Shown here one piece after another: positions 8,520 to 18,049 of a DNA stretch of 64,000 nucleotides (position 1 is the first letter of the stretch; every line of letters begins with the position of its first letter). Made by a program: the position numbers and the translations under genes. The notes beneath the pieces are model-generated. The model was not told where the DNA came from, searched no databases, and was given only the letters and a program-made list of their open reading frames with translations. The stretch comes from a virus. The stretch is from IMG/VR virus record IMGVR_UViG_3300031857_000027; one strand, written 5' to 3'.

Positions 8520-9542
8520 TTATTTCCAAATTGGGTTGTTGTCTGGACCACGGAAGTCTTTCTTCCAGTTTTCCTGTACGAGTTTAATTACATCGGCTGG
8601 CATGTGAACATATTCCAACTCTGTTGACATTTGACCGCCGTTCTTATATGCCCAGTCAAAGAATTTAAGAACTGCACGACCTGTTAATGCGTCTGCTTGT
8701 TGCTTGTGCATGAGAATGAAACTTGCGCCTGTTGCTGGCCAAGCATCTTTACCTGTTTGCCATGTGAGTAACAAATACATTCCTGGTGCATTAGCCCAAT
8801 CTGCATTGGCTGCGGCTGCTTTAAATGTTGTATCATCCGGTAATACAAAGTTACCATCACGATTCTTTACTGATGCAAATGCAATCTTGTTTCTCTTTGC
8901 AAATGCATACTCAACATAACCAAATGCACCTTTGATACGTTGTACTTGTGCTGCTACACCTTCGTTACCTTTACCACCCACACCAACTGGCCACTTCACT
9001 GCTGTACCTTCACCTACTGCCTTTTGAAAGTCTGCATTTGATTTGCTTAGAAAATTAGTCCAAATAAATGTAGTACCTGAACCATCTGCACGATGAATAA
9101 CTGTAATATTCATAGCAGGTAAATTTACACCAGGATTTAAATCAGCAATTGCTTTATCATTCCATTTGGTAATTTTACCAAGATGAATATTTGCAATTAC
9201 ATCTGGTGTCAACTTTAGTTTACCTGCATCAATGCCATCAAGATTATAAACTGGTACAACACCACCAATGATTGCTGGAAATTGTACAAGACCTTCTTTG
9301 TCTAGTTCTTCTTTCTTGAGTGGCATATCACTTGCACCAAAGTCAACCGTCTTGGCTTTGATTTGACGGATACCACCGCCTGAACCGATTGATTGATAGT
9401 TTAGACCAATGCCTGTGGCAGCCTTGTATGCTTCTGCCCACTTAGCATAGATTGGAAATGGAAAAGTCGCACCGGCTCCAGTTAATTCTGCTGCGGATGC
9501 GACTCCTGTAAATAACAATAATGATACTAAAAAATTCTTCAT
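8520..9542 (-). CDS. pstS: phosphate ABC transporter substrate-binding protein
   Basis: GAGATFP, YQSIGSGGG, DFGASD and RADGSGTT motifs. Confidence 0.97.
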   Translation of the reverse strand: MKNFLVSLLLFTGVASAAELTGAGATFPFPIYAKWAEAYKAATGIGLNYQSIGSGGGIRQIKAKTVDFGASDMPLKKEELDKEGLVQFPAIIGGVVPVYNLDGIDAGKLKLTPDVIANIHLGKITKWNDKAIADLNPGVNLPAMNITVIHRADGSGTTFIWTNFLSKSNADFQKAVGEGTAVKWPVGVGGKGNEGVAAQVQRIKGAFGYVEYAFAKRNKIAFASVKNRDGNFVLPDDTTFKAAAANADWANAPGMYLLLTWQTGKDAWPATGASFILMHKQQADALTGRAVLKFFDWAYKNGGQMSTELEYVHMPADVIKLVQENWKKDFRGPDNNPIWK

Positions 9543-9579
9543 TTTATCTCCTTTGAGTTAGACTACTAAAATTATTCTG

Positions 9580-9597
9580 CTGTAACGGATCCGTCAC
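9580..9597. promoter_or_regulatory. Pho-box-like repeat/palindrome upstream of pstS
   Basis: CTGTAAC-N4-CCGTCAC with 11-bp period on the + strand; also the near-palindrome GTAACGGATCCGTCAC. Confidence 0.45.
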
Positions 9598-9647
9598 AAT
9601 TTGGAATTTTTTTTAATAGTCCAATCGCCGAAGACAATCAGACTTTA

Positions 9648-9655
9648 TATTTAGT
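9648..9655 (-). promoter_or_regulatory. late promoter candidate (ACTAAATA) followed by a 5' hairpin (9618-9644)
   Basis: Consensus variant; 12-bp GU-rich hairpin that forms only on the minus-strand RNA. Confidence 0.55.
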
Positions 9656-9656
9656 A

Positions 9657-10649
9657 TTATGCGGCTTTACCCCACACATTTTCCCAATTACCCGATAATG
9701 CACCTTTTGAATAATCAGTTGCACGATTTTCAAAAAAGTTTGTGTGTGTTGGTGCATTGATCATCTCTTCAACCCATGGAAGCGGATTCTTTTTAACTTT
9801 GAATACACCCTTGAGACCCAGACTAATGAGGCGACGATCAGCAATGTAGCGAATGTATGATTTAACGTCATCAGAAGATAAGCCAGACATGTCACCCATA
9901 TTGAAAGCAAGATCAATAAACTTGTCTTCAAGTTCAACCATCTTTTCAGCAATGGTATAAATTTTTGATTTGAGGTCGTCATTCCATATTTCCTTATTCT
10001 CTTCGATATAAGTGCGGAATAATTTAATCATAGACTCAGCGTGTTGTGTTTCATCCACGATTGACCAAGTAATAATCTGACCCATGCCTCTCATTTTACC
10101 TTGGCGTGGGAAGTTAAGTAACATGATAAAGGAACTGAATAGTTGCATCCCTTCGGTGAAAGCAGAGAATACTGCAATATGAGCAGCAGTAGAAGCCCTA
10201 TCGCCATTCTGTGCGCTAAGATTAAGAACGTAATCATGTTTATCTTTCATTGCTTGATATTCCATAAACTCAGTGTACGTAGTGTCTGGCATACCAAGTG
10301 TTTCAATCAAGTGTGAATATGCTGCAATGTGCAGTGCTTCACGTGCCGCAAAACCCAATAGCATCATTCTTACTTCAGGTTGAGGAAAATAAGGTAGGTA
10401 ATTATTAACATAGCCACCTGCAACATCAATGTCACCCTGAGTAAAAAATCTGAATATATGAGTGAGAAAATTCTTTTCGTTCTGCGTAAGTTTATTCTTC
10501 CAATCCTTAACATCTTCAAGCATCGGTACTTCAGTGTGAAGCCAGTGAGATTGTTCATGTTTCAGCCATGATTCATATGCCCATGGATATGCAAATGGTT
10601 TGAATGATGTTCTTTCGTCTGTTAATCTTGTTTCGTGCTTTTTAATCAT
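9657..10649 (-). CDS. nrdB: ribonucleotide reductase class Ia beta subunit
   Basis: EALH, EGMQLFSSF, DETQH and NFFE motifs. Confidence 0.96.
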   Translation of the reverse strand: MIKKHETRLTDERTSFKPFAYPWAYESWLKHEQSHWLHTEVPMLEDVKDWKNKLTQNEKNFLTHIFRFFTQGDIDVAGGYVNNYLPYFPQPEVRMMLLGFAAREALHIAAYSHLIETLGMPDTTYTEFMEYQAMKDKHDYVLNLSAQNGDRASTAAHIAVFSAFTEGMQLFSSFIMLLNFPRQGKMRGMGQIITWSIVDETQHAESMIKLFRTYIEENKEIWNDDLKSKIYTIAEKMVELEDKFIDLAFNMGDMSGLSSDDVKSYIRYIADRRLISLGLKGVFKVKKNPLPWVEEMINAPTHTNFFENRATDYSKGALSGNWENVWGKAA

Positions 10650-10887
10650 TGATGAATGCCTCTAGTTCTTGTTTTGTTTTATTTCCTACTATTCTTTTTG
10701 ATGGTATATTATCCTCAACGATTACCAATGTTGGTACACTACGAATGCCAAACTCTGCTGCAATTTCTGGATGTATATCAATGTCAACAACTTCAATCGG
10801 CAGTTTTGAATCTACTTCTTCCAATGTCTTTGCTAACATCTTACATGGTCCACACCATGATGCAGTGAATCGTACTATCTTTTTCAT
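10642..10887 (-). CDS. thioredoxin
   Basis: WCGPC active site, SVPT. Confidence 0.93.
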   Translation of the reverse strand: MKKIVRFTASWCGPCKMLAKTLEEVDSKLPIEVVDIDIHPEIAAEFGIRSVPTLVIVEDNIPSKRIVGNKTKQELEAFIND

Positions 10888-11021
10888 TTACCTTGACCTC
10901 TATATTTTTTGTGTGAACGCTTTTCGTGTTTACTCATACTTGCTGTTTTCTTGTGACCGCCTTGTTTAGTTCTTTTATGCACTTTTTTGTGTTTGCTCAC
11001 CAGACCTGTTTGCTTAGCCAT
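10884..11021 (-). CDS. small very basic protein (45 aa)
   Basis: Manually read MAKQTG...HKKYRGQGK; AGGAG SD. Confidence 0.6.
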   Translation of the reverse strand: MAKQTGLVSKHKKVHKRTKQGGHKKTASMSKHEKRSHKKYRGQGK

Positions 11022-11030
11022 AATATCTCC

Positions 11031-11192
11031 TTATTTGCTTTTGTATTTTGAATCCTGTTTTGCTTCAAGTTCTCTTAAATCATTTGCTACATCAGATACA
11101 CCATGCCAATCTTCAATTGCAATCATTACTTGTAGATATTCTAACAAAATTGCTTTCTGTGTTTCAAAGTTACTATAGTCCTTTTGATTCAA
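11031..11192 (-). CDS. small hypothetical protein (TTG start, 53 aa)
   Basis: Manually read ...EDWHGVSDVANDLRELEAK...; AGGAG SD. Confidence 0.5.
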   Translation of the reverse strand: MNQKDYSNFETQKAILLEYLQVMIAIEDWHGVSDVANDLRELEAKQDSKYKSK

Positions 11193-11433
11193 TTTTCTCT
11201 CCTATATGAAATTTCATACCAACATACGTGCCCACAAATGCTCCTAATACCGCTGGTATAATCATCATGTTGTCGTTGGTGTAGTTGATGATTGCCACAC
11301 CACCTAAAAATGTAATTGCTGACGCCCAAATGCTTGATGCAAGTGGTCTATCATTTTGCACTGATTTAAGTAACTGTGTATAAACAACGTCTGTAACAAA
11401 CATACACACAAAAGTAAAAATATATGCCCACAT
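11173..11433 (-). CDS. small membrane protein
   Basis: Three hydrophobic helices. Confidence 0.65.
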   Translation of the reverse strand: MWAYIFTFVCMFVTDVVYTQLLKSVQNDRPLASSIWASAITFLGGVAIINYTNDNMMIIPAVLGAFVGTYVGMKFHIGEKIESKGL

Positions 11434-11565
11434 TATTCTTTTTTCTCTGCTGGTTGTACTATTACTGTTTGTGGTGGCTCAGGCCAAACTTTGTCTTTAA
11501 TTGCATTAGCACCAATCCAACCCCATGCACTAAAAAATCCCCACACAATCATATCTAATATCATT

Positions 11566-12207
11566 TTACTTCTCCAATAATTTATTCACAAACTCTCTCA
11601 GTAGTTTATGATGTCTCCCATGATGCCAATGTTTATGCAAATATGGTTTACTGTACCAATACTCTTCTGCTTCAAGGTGTGGACCTATAAGTCCTATTTT
11701 GTTTTGTATAATTGCTGCCGGATCGCCGTTGCTGTATCTTGCGATTGTTTCAAACTTTGATTCGTTTCCGATAAATGCAGGTCCATCGTAAAAGAAGAAC
11801 CTTTCTGTGTTGCCTTGCCAGTCACATTCAACTGCTTTGGAATAATATCGTTTAGTACAGGTATTTGGTCGTCGTATGTATTGCTTGGCTTCAACGCCAT
11901 CCATAATGTCCAAAAAATGCTTGTCAGCCCAATAAGCACCCATACAAATACCGAGAAATCTACCACCATTTCTAATGTACTGTCTGACACTAGATTCATG
12001 ATATTTAAACATATGGTCATAGGTGTCAGCATCGCCAATGCCACCAGGAAAACAAACAAGATCCACATCGTTGAAGTAATCGTCTTCGATTTCATGTTTG
12101 GTAAAAAGTTTATAGTTATAGTTAGCACCAAGTGCTTTGATTACACCATTACATGATTGTACAGAACACCTTGGGTGCTGTACGAAAAGAGCAATTGTAC
12201 AACTCAT
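11566..12207 (-). CDS. BPL-N / class I glutamine amidotransferase-like protein
   Basis: FPGG, GICMGAY nucleophile elbow, GPHLE (Cys-His-Glu triad). Confidence 0.8.
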   Translation of the reverse strand: MSCTIALFVQHPRCSVQSCNGVIKALGANYNYKLFTKHEIEDDYFNDVDLVCFPGGIGDADTYDHMFKYHESSVRQYIRNGGRFLGICMGAYWADKHFLDIMDGVEAKQYIRRPNTCTKRYYSKAVECDWQGNTERFFFYDGPAFIGNESKFETIARYSNGDPAAIIQNKIGLIGPHLEAEEYWYSKPYLHKHWHHGRHHKLLREFVNKLLEK

Positions 12208-12329
12208 TTTTCTTCTTTTTTATTCTCCTGTTCTTTCTTCTTTTGTTGTGGTTGAACGGGAGTTTTTTCCTTGTAAGTTGGCCTCTTTGGATGCGGCTTT
12301 GGTTTCTTTGTGTTTATTTCAAATGTCAT

Positions 12330-14123
12330 TTAGCCCTCACACGCTAAACAGACCTCCTCAGTAGCCAGTTGCTTCAAATCAATTTCTTGTATAATTTCAC
12401 GTTCAATCTTTTTGGATACTTTGTCGGCCTTTGCTAGTTTCTCTGAACGGCAGTAATACAATGTTTTCAGGCCTTGTTTCCATGCCTGAAAGTGTACTGC
12501 ATGTAAGTATTTAACATTCACATCAGGTCTAAAAAAGAGGTTAATGGATTGCGCCTGGTCAATGTAATGCTGTCTGTCAGCGGCGTGGTCCACAACCCAT
12601 CGTTGGTCAATTTCCATACCAGTTTTGTAGACATCTTTGGTGTATTCATCCAGGAAATCCAAGTGCTGGACGGAACCGTCGTTTGCAATAATACTTGACC
12701 AGATTTCTTGATAGTCCAATTTGTTGTCTGCATCACATTTCTCCTTGATGATTTTATCCAAGAATTTGTTTTTGTTTAGAAAAGCGCCTGAAAGAGTGTC
12801 TTGTCTATAAGCATTAGCACGATAAGGCTCAACGGAGGGACTAGTGTTGCCCATAATAATGGAAGATGAAGCATTAGGAGCAATGGCAAGCATATGGCTA
12901 AACCTTTTACCTGAACCAACAGCATCAGGAGCCTCACCTCTTTCTTTTCCCAATTGGAGATTCGCATCATCTAATCTTTCACGAATATGTTTGAATACTT
13001 GATTGTTGAATGACTTTGCTACGGCAGATTCGAACGCAATATTTTTTTTCTGAAGAAGAGCATGATAACCAAGAGCCCCCACACCAATACTGCGCTCTTG
13101 TTCAGCAGAGAACCTGGCTCTGTGAATAGCATCAGGAGCATTGTCAATAAAATACTGAAGTACATTATCAAGCATTTCCGCCACGTCCCGCAGAAAAAGT
13201 TCATTACTCTTCCAATCATCATAATACTCCAAGTTTACAGATGAAAGGCAACAAACCGCTGTGCGCTGTTTATCTGTAGGTAAAATAATTTCTGAACACA
13301 AATTTGATTGCTTGATGCTCAGACCTTTTTTCTTCTGAAAATCTGGCATTGCACGATTGCTTGTATCAATAAAGTGAATGTATGGTTCACCCGTCAGCAT
13401 ACGTGTTTCAAGAATACGCTGCCACAATTCACGTGCAGATACTTTATCTTTGACTTCACCACTATGTGGATCTTTAAGTTCCCATGTATCATCGGCATCA
13501 TGGTCAAGCATACATGTTTCAATTATATGCATGAATTCATCTGTAATGTTAATTCCATGATGTAAATTCAGTGTGCGTAAATTAGGATCACCTGTGGGTT
13601 TACGCATTTCTAAGAAAGAAATAATATCAGGATGAGAAATGTCAAGATAAGCAGCATAAGAGCCACGCCTTGTACGACCTTGTCTATATGCCAGTGAAGA
13701 TGCATCATAAGTACGTAGATGAGGCATGATGCCAACGGACTTATCATCAGCAGAACGAATTCCCAATCCAATTCCAACTCCACCTCCCAACATTGAAAGC
13801 CAATTTACTTCTGAAAGAGTGTTAACCAAACCTTCTGCACTATCATCAAGATAGGGGAGAAAACAACTAATAGGCAAGCCACGCTTACTACGGCCAAAAG
13901 ACAAGATAGGAGTAGAATAAGAAAGCCAATGCTTACTACTGTAATCGTAAAGCCTCTGAGCATGAGCAACATCACTTGCAAAGGCAGCGGATACAAATGC
14001 AAATCTTTCTTGAGGACTTGATTCAGTCTCTCGCATGTATGATTCTTTGAGTCTTTTAATTCCGAGTTCATCAAATAATTTATCTCTCTCTAGGTCTATT
14101 GTAATGCTGCTAATATCTACCAT
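12330..14123 (-). CDS. nrdA: ribonucleotide reductase class Ia alpha subunit (no ATP cone)
   Basis: ISCF, SNLCSEI, APNASSS, TLYYCR, C-terminal CLACEG. Confidence 0.97.
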   Translation of the reverse strand: MVDISSITIDLERDKLFDELGIKRLKESYMRETESSPQERFAFVSAAFASDVAHAQRLYDYSSKHWLSYSTPILSFGRSKRGLPISCFLPYLDDSAEGLVNTLSEVNWLSMLGGGVGIGLGIRSADDKSVGIMPHLRTYDASSLAYRQGRTRRGSYAAYLDISHPDIISFLEMRKPTGDPNLRTLNLHHGINITDEFMHIIETCMLDHDADDTWELKDPHSGEVKDKVSARELWQRILETRMLTGEPYIHFIDTSNRAMPDFQKKKGLSIKQSNLCSEIILPTDKQRTAVCCLSSVNLEYYDDWKSNELFLRDVAEMLDNVLQYFIDNAPDAIHRARFSAEQERSIGVGALGYHALLQKKNIAFESAVAKSFNNQVFKHIRERLDDANLQLGKERGEAPDAVGSGKRFSHMLAIAPNASSSIIMGNTSPSVEPYRANAYRQDTLSGAFLNKNKFLDKIIKEKCDADNKLDYQEIWSSIIANDGSVQHLDFLDEYTKDVYKTGMEIDQRWVVDHAADRQHYIDQAQSINLFFRPDVNVKYLHAVHFQAWKQGLKTLYYCRSEKLAKADKVSKKIEREIIQEIDLKQLATEEVCLACEG

Positions 14124-14136
14124 TTCTTCTCCATTG

Positions 14137-14802
14137 TTATTGTTCTAGTGCTGCTACTACATTTGGAAATTTATCTGCAATAATTTTCCAGCAGGCCGCT
14201 GCCACTTCGGCATGTTCTTTCTGTGTACCATTTTCCTTACGCAACTGACAGTAGTGGATCCAACTACGCAATGTACCATTCATGTACATACGTGACTGTG
14301 TGTTGCCTTCTGGTAATACTGCACGTGCTTGTTCTTTTGCAATACCATTCGCTATCGCCCAATCGTATGCTGTTTTTGCTTCAGCAATTAGATTGACTTG
14401 CTTAATTTTCCATTCCGACTGCAATTCATTATCGTCAGTCTCAATAGAGTTTTGACGATTCTTTGTATCTTGTAGCCTTGCTTCCCGTAGTTCAAAACCT
14501 AAATCTTTCGTTGGATCAGCATATCGTTGGCTGAATTCTTGAAAGGAAAAACTACGATGTCGCAAGATTTGTCTTGCAATGTCCCGTGTAGTGTTTATTT
14601 CCATAACAACGTTGACCATTTCAAATGGTGACCAATGTTGATTTTTGATGAGATAACGAATTAATTTCTCATCACCTCTTGTCATATTCTGATTGCTTGG
14701 ATTTGATACACGTGCCATGTGTACAATCAAATCTTCAGCGGAGTTGTGACCTGCATACGGTGCAGTCACACCAATTAACTTCACGTTCATAATTTCTTCC
14801 AA
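14137..14802 (-). CDS. thyX: FAD-dependent thymidylate synthase
   Basis: HWSPFE, RHRSFSFQEFSQRY and AR.VLP motifs. Confidence 0.96.
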   Translation of the reverse strand: MEEIMNVKLIGVTAPYAGHNSAEDLIVHMARVSNPSNQNMTRGDEKLIRYLIKNQHWSPFEMVNVVMEINTTRDIARQILRHRSFSFQEFSQRYADPTKDLGFELREARLQDTKNRQNSIETDDNELQSEWKIKQVNLIAEAKTAYDWAIANGIAKEQARAVLPEGNTQSRMYMNGTLRSWIHYCQLRKENGTQKEHAEVAAACWKIIADKFPNVVAALEQ

Positions 14803-15836
14803 AAAGTAAATTTGGCTATAGCCTCAAGTCCATAAAATGTATTACTATCTATGATTTCCTGGATTTCGCCTGTTGAAAAACCATTTAACACCATCTCATT
14901 AATATCTTTACCATCTATGTTATCAGGCCAAATGACGACATTGTGATTTGATTTGATTGCATTTTCAATCAACTTGCACACTTCTTTATTTCTTGGTTCA
15001 TTGTCAAATACAAGCGTAATTTTTTCTGCTTGAATATTTTTCACTGTTAGAGCAAGATTTGCGTCACCTGATGCTACACAATTCTTCAGAAACAAACTAT
15101 CTAGTGGACCTTCAACAAGATACACACGTTCTTTTAAATTCACACGATCCATGCCAAAAACAAGTTTATTATCAGAATCGTCTGTTCTCAATGTAACATA
15201 GCGTAGTGTGCGGTCGCTTGTCTCTAATGCTCGACCAGATACAGCGATCAATTCATTCTGATAATTAAAATACGGTATAACTAGTCTAGCGTCTTCAACT
15301 AGGTTTTTATCGTGATTTGGAATTAGCGCATCACAAAATGCTTTATAGTTTGAAGTGAACAACAACTTATCATAATGTTCTTCGGGGATTAGCCGATTCT
15401 CAGCATACGTTAAACAAAAATGTCCACTTGGTAAACTACTGAGCCATTCCCCATGTTCAAATATGCTGCGCTTTTTGATGTGACCAAATTTGGGTGGGTT
15501 GGTGACGATTCGTGGTGATACTTCACTTTTTCTGTGATACGTGTTGGCAGTTCCGGTTGTGCCCGACTTATATTTTTCGAGTACGTACTCTCCATGTAAG
15601 GATGAGTCGATGTGCTTGAGGAAATTGGCGACATTTGTTCCTACTCCACAGTTATGACAGCGGTAAAATAAATCATTACCCTTGGCGAAAACATAGCCTC
15701 GGGCTTTAAGTAAATTTGTTTTGGAATCGCCACAATAAGGGCATGAAAAATTCCACAGATTGGTATTCTTCTGCTTGAAGTTACGCAAGCGGGAAGAAAC
15801 CATTCTCACATATTTTGCATCAATGTATAGAGCCAT
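14787..15836 (-). CDS. DNA primase (T4 gp61-like)
   Basis: CPYCGD...CHNC zinc finger; TOPRIM EGPLDS, DNEPRN, KDIN. Confidence 0.93.
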   Translation of the reverse strand: MALYIDAKYVRMVSSRLRNFKQKNTNLWNFSCPYCGDSKTNLLKARGYVFAKGNDLFYRCHNCGVGTNVANFLKHIDSSLHGEYVLEKYKSGTTGTANTYHRKSEVSPRIVTNPPKFGHIKKRSIFEHGEWLSSLPSGHFCLTYAENRLIPEEHYDKLLFTSNYKAFCDALIPNHDKNLVEDARLVIPYFNYQNELIAVSGRALETSDRTLRYVTLRTDDSDNKLVFGMDRVNLKERVYLVEGPLDSLFLKNCVASGDANLALTVKNIQAEKITLVFDNEPRNKEVCKLIENAIKSNHNVVIWPDNIDGKDINEMVLNGFSTGEIQEIIDSNTFYGLEAIAKFTFWKKL

Positions 15837-15842
15837 ATCTTC

Positions 15843-15871
15843 ATTATAACACTACTACTCACAAAAATCAA
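15843..15871 (-). promoter_or_regulatory. sigma70-type promoter TTGATT-N17-TATAAT (extended -10)
   Basis: -10 at 15843-15848 preceded by TGn; predicted +1 at or near the primase ATG. Confidence 0.65.
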
Positions 15872-16300
15872 TTAATTAAAAAACTTTGCCAGGTATTCAA
15901 ATTTGACGTTTGAGATCATCCATGCAACAACGACAACACCGCCGGCAACCATCCACTTCCACTGCATCAATGACTTTAGATCGTCATCTTCTTTTTGATT
16001 GTGTTCGGTGATATGATCACGTAATGATTTGATTTCATCCATGATTCTACGCTCAGTCAGTTCTATTTTATCCGATAGATTTCTGTCTGTGGTAGTAATA
16101 CGTGAATGAAGTTCTTTGATATCGCTTACGGTATCTTCTTTGCGTTTGTCCATGTCTTTGTAAATCTGATTGACAATATTGGCATTGTTATCGGTAAGTT
16201 TTTCGATAACACGGTCCATCTTCTCACAAAGGTCTACAAGTGTATAGACCTTTTCTTTGAGAACGCCAACCTCTACTTTAAGTGCTACATCTCCGTCCAT
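15872..16300 (-). CDS. coiled-coil protein with C-terminal TM (lysis cassette)
   Basis: Heptads plus a hydrophobic C-terminal helix. Confidence 0.6.
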   Translation of the reverse strand: MDGDVALKVEVGVLKEKVYTLVDLCEKMDRVIEKLTDNNANIVNQIYKDMDKRKEDTVSDIKELHSRITTTDRNLSDKIELTERRIMDEIKSLRDHITEHNQKEDDDLKSLMQWKWMVAGGVVVVAWMISNVKFEYLAKFFN

Positions 16301-16301
16301 T

Positions 16302-16499
16302 TTATTTCTTCTCAGGAATCTTTGTGCCCTCTAGTTTCTTATGAACTTTGATGGTCTTGCAAACTTCTTTTTCTTTTTTAGTTTTGTTATCAAACTCTTT
16401 GACACAAACTTTCTTTTCTTCAGCGGCAAATGCTGCTTTGGTCAATGGTGCAAAAAGCAGAAACAAAATCATTGATGCTAGGGCAAGTTCTTTTTTCAT
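16302..16499 (-). CDS. small secreted basic protein
   Basis: Signal peptide, two Cys. Confidence 0.6.
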   Translation of the reverse strand: MKKELALASMILFLLFAPLTKAAFAAEEKKVCVKEFDNKTKKEKEVCKTIKVHKKLEGTKIPEKK

Positions 16500-16723
16500 T
16501 TCTTTTCCTTGTTAGTAAATTTTTCAGTTGCGGTAAAACCCAACCCACCAAGGACAATATACATTATAGCATCAATTGTCTGTGGATTCAACTTCTTTTC
16601 AAAAAACAATTCGGCAATAAAACCCGTAGCAAGCAAAAGGAATGCCAAAAAGGTAATTAACCTTTTGCTGCTAGGATTCTGTTCATTTTCTCCAGATAAT
16701 GCTTTAGCAATAAAACTAATCAT
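16496..16723 (-). CDS. putative holin (2 TM)
   Basis: SSKR motif, 2 TM, charged C-terminus, near the endolysin. Confidence 0.6.
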   Translation of the reverse strand: MISFIAKALSGENEQNPSSKRLITFLAFLLLATGFIAELFFEKKLNPQTIDAIMYIVLGGLGFTATEKFTNKEKK

Positions 16724-17196
16724 AGTTCTGGATGTAGTGGTTGTGCTGGTGCTTCTTTACCACCAAAACCTGTTGCAACTGCTGGTGCAAATGCTGCTAC
16801 TGCGGCAACTGGTGCAGCAATTTCTGCACTGCTAGTTGAAAACGTTGCACTAAAACCACCACTTGGTGGCAATGAAGGTGATGGTGTTGGTACATATGGC
16901 TTGTTTGCAGCATCAATCGCTTTTGCTCTCAAGTCTTTGTCATCACCTGCCAACATAATGCCTGACAGTGTACCAGTCAAGAATGTGGCAATTGGAATAA
17001 TTAATTCAAAAAATTTGTTGTCAACAGGACTCATACCGTTCATTGGCTGAGTTACAAAAATCAAACTGTATAGAACAACAAATACAATACCAAATAGTGT
17101 TAAACCTAAAACGATACCAATAAAGAACTTCAGTCGTGCATTTAGTTCCTCAGTAGTGTATCTTTCTCCTGACCATAGATCCTTAATCATTTGCAT
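16720..17196 (-). CDS. membrane protein (2 TM plus Pro-rich tail)
   Basis: Hydrophobic helices; lysis cassette context. Confidence 0.6.
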   Translation of the reverse strand: MQMIKDLWSGERYTTEELNARLKFFIGIVLGLTLFGIVFVVLYSLIFVTQPMNGMSPVDNKFFELIIPIATFLTGTLSGIMLAGDDKDLRAKAIDAANKPYVPTPSPSLPPSGGFSATFSTSSAEIAAPVAAVAAFAPAVATGFGGKEAPAQPLHPEL

Positions 17197-17417
17197 TCTC
17201 CTTTACTTGGAACTTGTTGAAATTGTGTTGATGGTGAAGGTTGACCTGTTTTATTTTTTTCGTAATGAGTCAAGTCTTCAGGACAAGTTCCGTTTGCGCT
17301 ACAATATGGTTTCTTACATTGTTTCTGATCCCAATTTTCTGGGTCTTGGCAAGGATAACGATAGTTCTCTTGACAAGCAACCAGTAATGGAAACAATAGA
17401 AGTGCTAGATATTTCAT
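17187..17417 (-). CDS. small Cys-rich lipoprotein
   Basis: Lipobox LVAC; RYPCQDP.NW motif. Confidence 0.65.
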   Translation of the reverse strand: MKYLALLLFPLLVACQENYRYPCQDPENWDQKQCKKPYCSANGTCPEDLTHYEKNKTGQPSPSTQFQQVPSKGECK

Positions 17418-18034
17418 TAGTGTACTCCTAGAACGTGAAGTGCATGTTCATAATGTTTCTTGCGATCTTCAAGTCCTATGGTGCCACCATTGATTCTCTT
17501 GGTCATTGTAAGAATGTCACCTTTGTCTGCCCACTGATTGAGTTTGTTTGTTTCCCAAAACCAACATGCAGACTGTGCAGCGCCTTCAAAGGTCTGTGTG
17601 TATTCGGCTGCTTCTTCAGGTGTTATTTCTAATGAAGCGGCAAACCAAGTATAGTTTGTTTTGCCGGTCAGTTGAATGAGTCCTCTACCACGATATTTGA
17701 ATCCATCACCAGATGCTTCGTTGCCGTTACCCATGCGGTCAGCATAGATACGATTTGCAATCTTTTCTGGTTTCTTTTCGTATGCTTTTGCAGTTGCCAT
17801 ATCTGGAAAATATTTTCCGAATATCTTCATCAGACTTTCTGCTTTGTAGTTCAAGTTTTCAGTAAGAAAAACAAAACCACCAGACTCATGGGCGCACTGA
17901 GCAATAAACGATGCTATGCGTTGTGGTGTATTGATTTCATAATCTGGAAGTAATTGGCTTAACGCCTTGTGCCACTGGTCAATGTATGGGTTCTTTGGTA
18001 GTAATTGTTTTAATTGTTCTTTTGTGAGTTCCAT
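17417..18034 (-). CDS. endolysin, glycoside hydrolase family 19
   Basis: AQCAHESGGF, YRGRGLIQLTG and INGG motifs. Confidence 0.92.
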   Translation of the reverse strand: MELTKEQLKQLLPKNPYIDQWHKALSQLLPDYEINTPQRIASFIAQCAHESGGFVFLTENLNYKAESLMKIFGKYFPDMATAKAYEKKPEKIANRIYADRMGNGNEASGDGFKYRGRGLIQLTGKTNYTWFAASLEITPEEAAEYTQTFEGAAQSACWFWETNKLNQWADKGDILTMTKRINGGTIGLEDRKKHYEHALHVLGVH

Positions 18035-18049
18035 GTTTTTCCTCAGGTA

